A DNA stretch of 64,000 nt. Source: Lama guanicoe. Taxonomy: Eukaryota. The first letter of the stretch is position 1, and every line of letters starts with the position of its first letter. Under the pieces are notes generated by a model, which was not told the DNA's origin, ran no database searches, and saw only the letters and a list, made by a program, of their open reading frames with translations. The stretch covers positions 26,113,250-26,177,249 of the forward strand of contig MU056991.1 in assembly GCA_013239625.1 (NCBI GenBank), read 5' to 3'. The translations under genes and the position numbers were made by a program. Positions 63,276 through 64,000 of this stretch are shown here, piece by piece.

Positions 63276-63640
63276 TGTAAAGAGCATTTTGAGGGCAATA
63301 GGGAAGTTTGAGCGAGGACTTATATTTGAAAATGTTACTGTGTAGTGTATTTCTGTGGTGTCATCATCATGTCCTTACTCGTAGGAAACACTGGGGAATT
63401 TAAGGTGAATTATCATGTTTGCGACTTATTTTCAAATGGTTGAGAAAAAATTGAAACATGTATACGGGTACATGTGTGTGTATATATATGCCTATGAAAT
63501 ACACATAAATATTTGAGAGCGAGGTAACGCAAAATACTACCTCGCTGGAAACTGGTGAATCTAGGTGAGGCTCTACGGGTGTTCACTATCCTACTGCAGT
63601 GTCTTTGCAGAACTTTCAAGGCAGAACACTGGGGAAATGA
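62600..63640 (+). mobile_element. L1MC/MD-type 3' UTR
   Basis: ttcttcaaaaatattagtgtcatgaaa...ttaaaggagactaaagagagacatg...ccttgattggattctggac...ctggtgaatctaggtgagg..tacgggtgttcactat. Left boundary approximate. Confidence 0.75.
63232..63272 (+). repeat. (CA)20 microsatellite
   Basis: Directly visible. Confidence 0.97.
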
Positions 63641-64000
63641 GAAAGAGTTTGTCTAATGGGGTCTTAGTTAAAACAAAGTCATTGCTTTCCCTGTGAAGGG
63701 ACATGTGAACAGGCCTGGGTCACTGTGTGAATGAGGCTGACTCGTCTTCCCTCCCACACGGCACCTGACTAGAGGTCTAGCCTTGACGTATAGGGTAAGA
63801 AATTACAGTGTTCAACAAAGTTGGGATTCATCAAGATTTGGGATAAATTAATCCTTAGGATACATTAGAGGCTGTCCTAATTCCTCCACTAAAGACAAAT
63901 ACTTGAAAACACATGTTATGATGGGCAATGTTTGACGTTCCTCTTGTGGCTCTTAATTTATCTGCCGTCTCCTGCAGGGAGCGCTCGGGGTCAAAGCCAC

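Overview
Mammalian genomic DNA, most likely a camelid (three copies of a tRNA-derived SINE resembling the camelid vic-1 family, plus young L1 3' ends). The window covers the conserved C1orf53-LHX9 locus, both genes on the + strand. C1orf53 is complete: 3 coding exons, 145 aa, with a C-terminal [11 protein letters not shown] motif. LHX9 (LIM-homeodomain transcription factor) has a distal first exon (MLNGTTLEA), visible LIM2 and homeodomain exons, and a long AT-rich 3' region. Several LHX9 exons are partly or wholly hidden in short N-runs. The last ~24 kb is repeat-rich intergenic DNA (L1, L2, L3/CR1, MIR, MaLR/ERVL LTRs, hAT elements). I see no prokaryote-type system and no new multi-gene system. 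The most unusual signals are: (1) an orphan CpG island at ~51.6-52.6 kb that is a strongly AT-to-GC-shifted antisense L2 fossil; (2) an LHX9 last-exon acceptor with a ~200 nt poly-A/purine tract where the polypyrimidine tract should be; (3) N-gaps that cluster on LHX9 exons, promoters and 3' UTR; (4) two possible extra splice donors, in C1orf53 and LHX9. Gene and repeat assignments come from recalled sequences, not from a database search.
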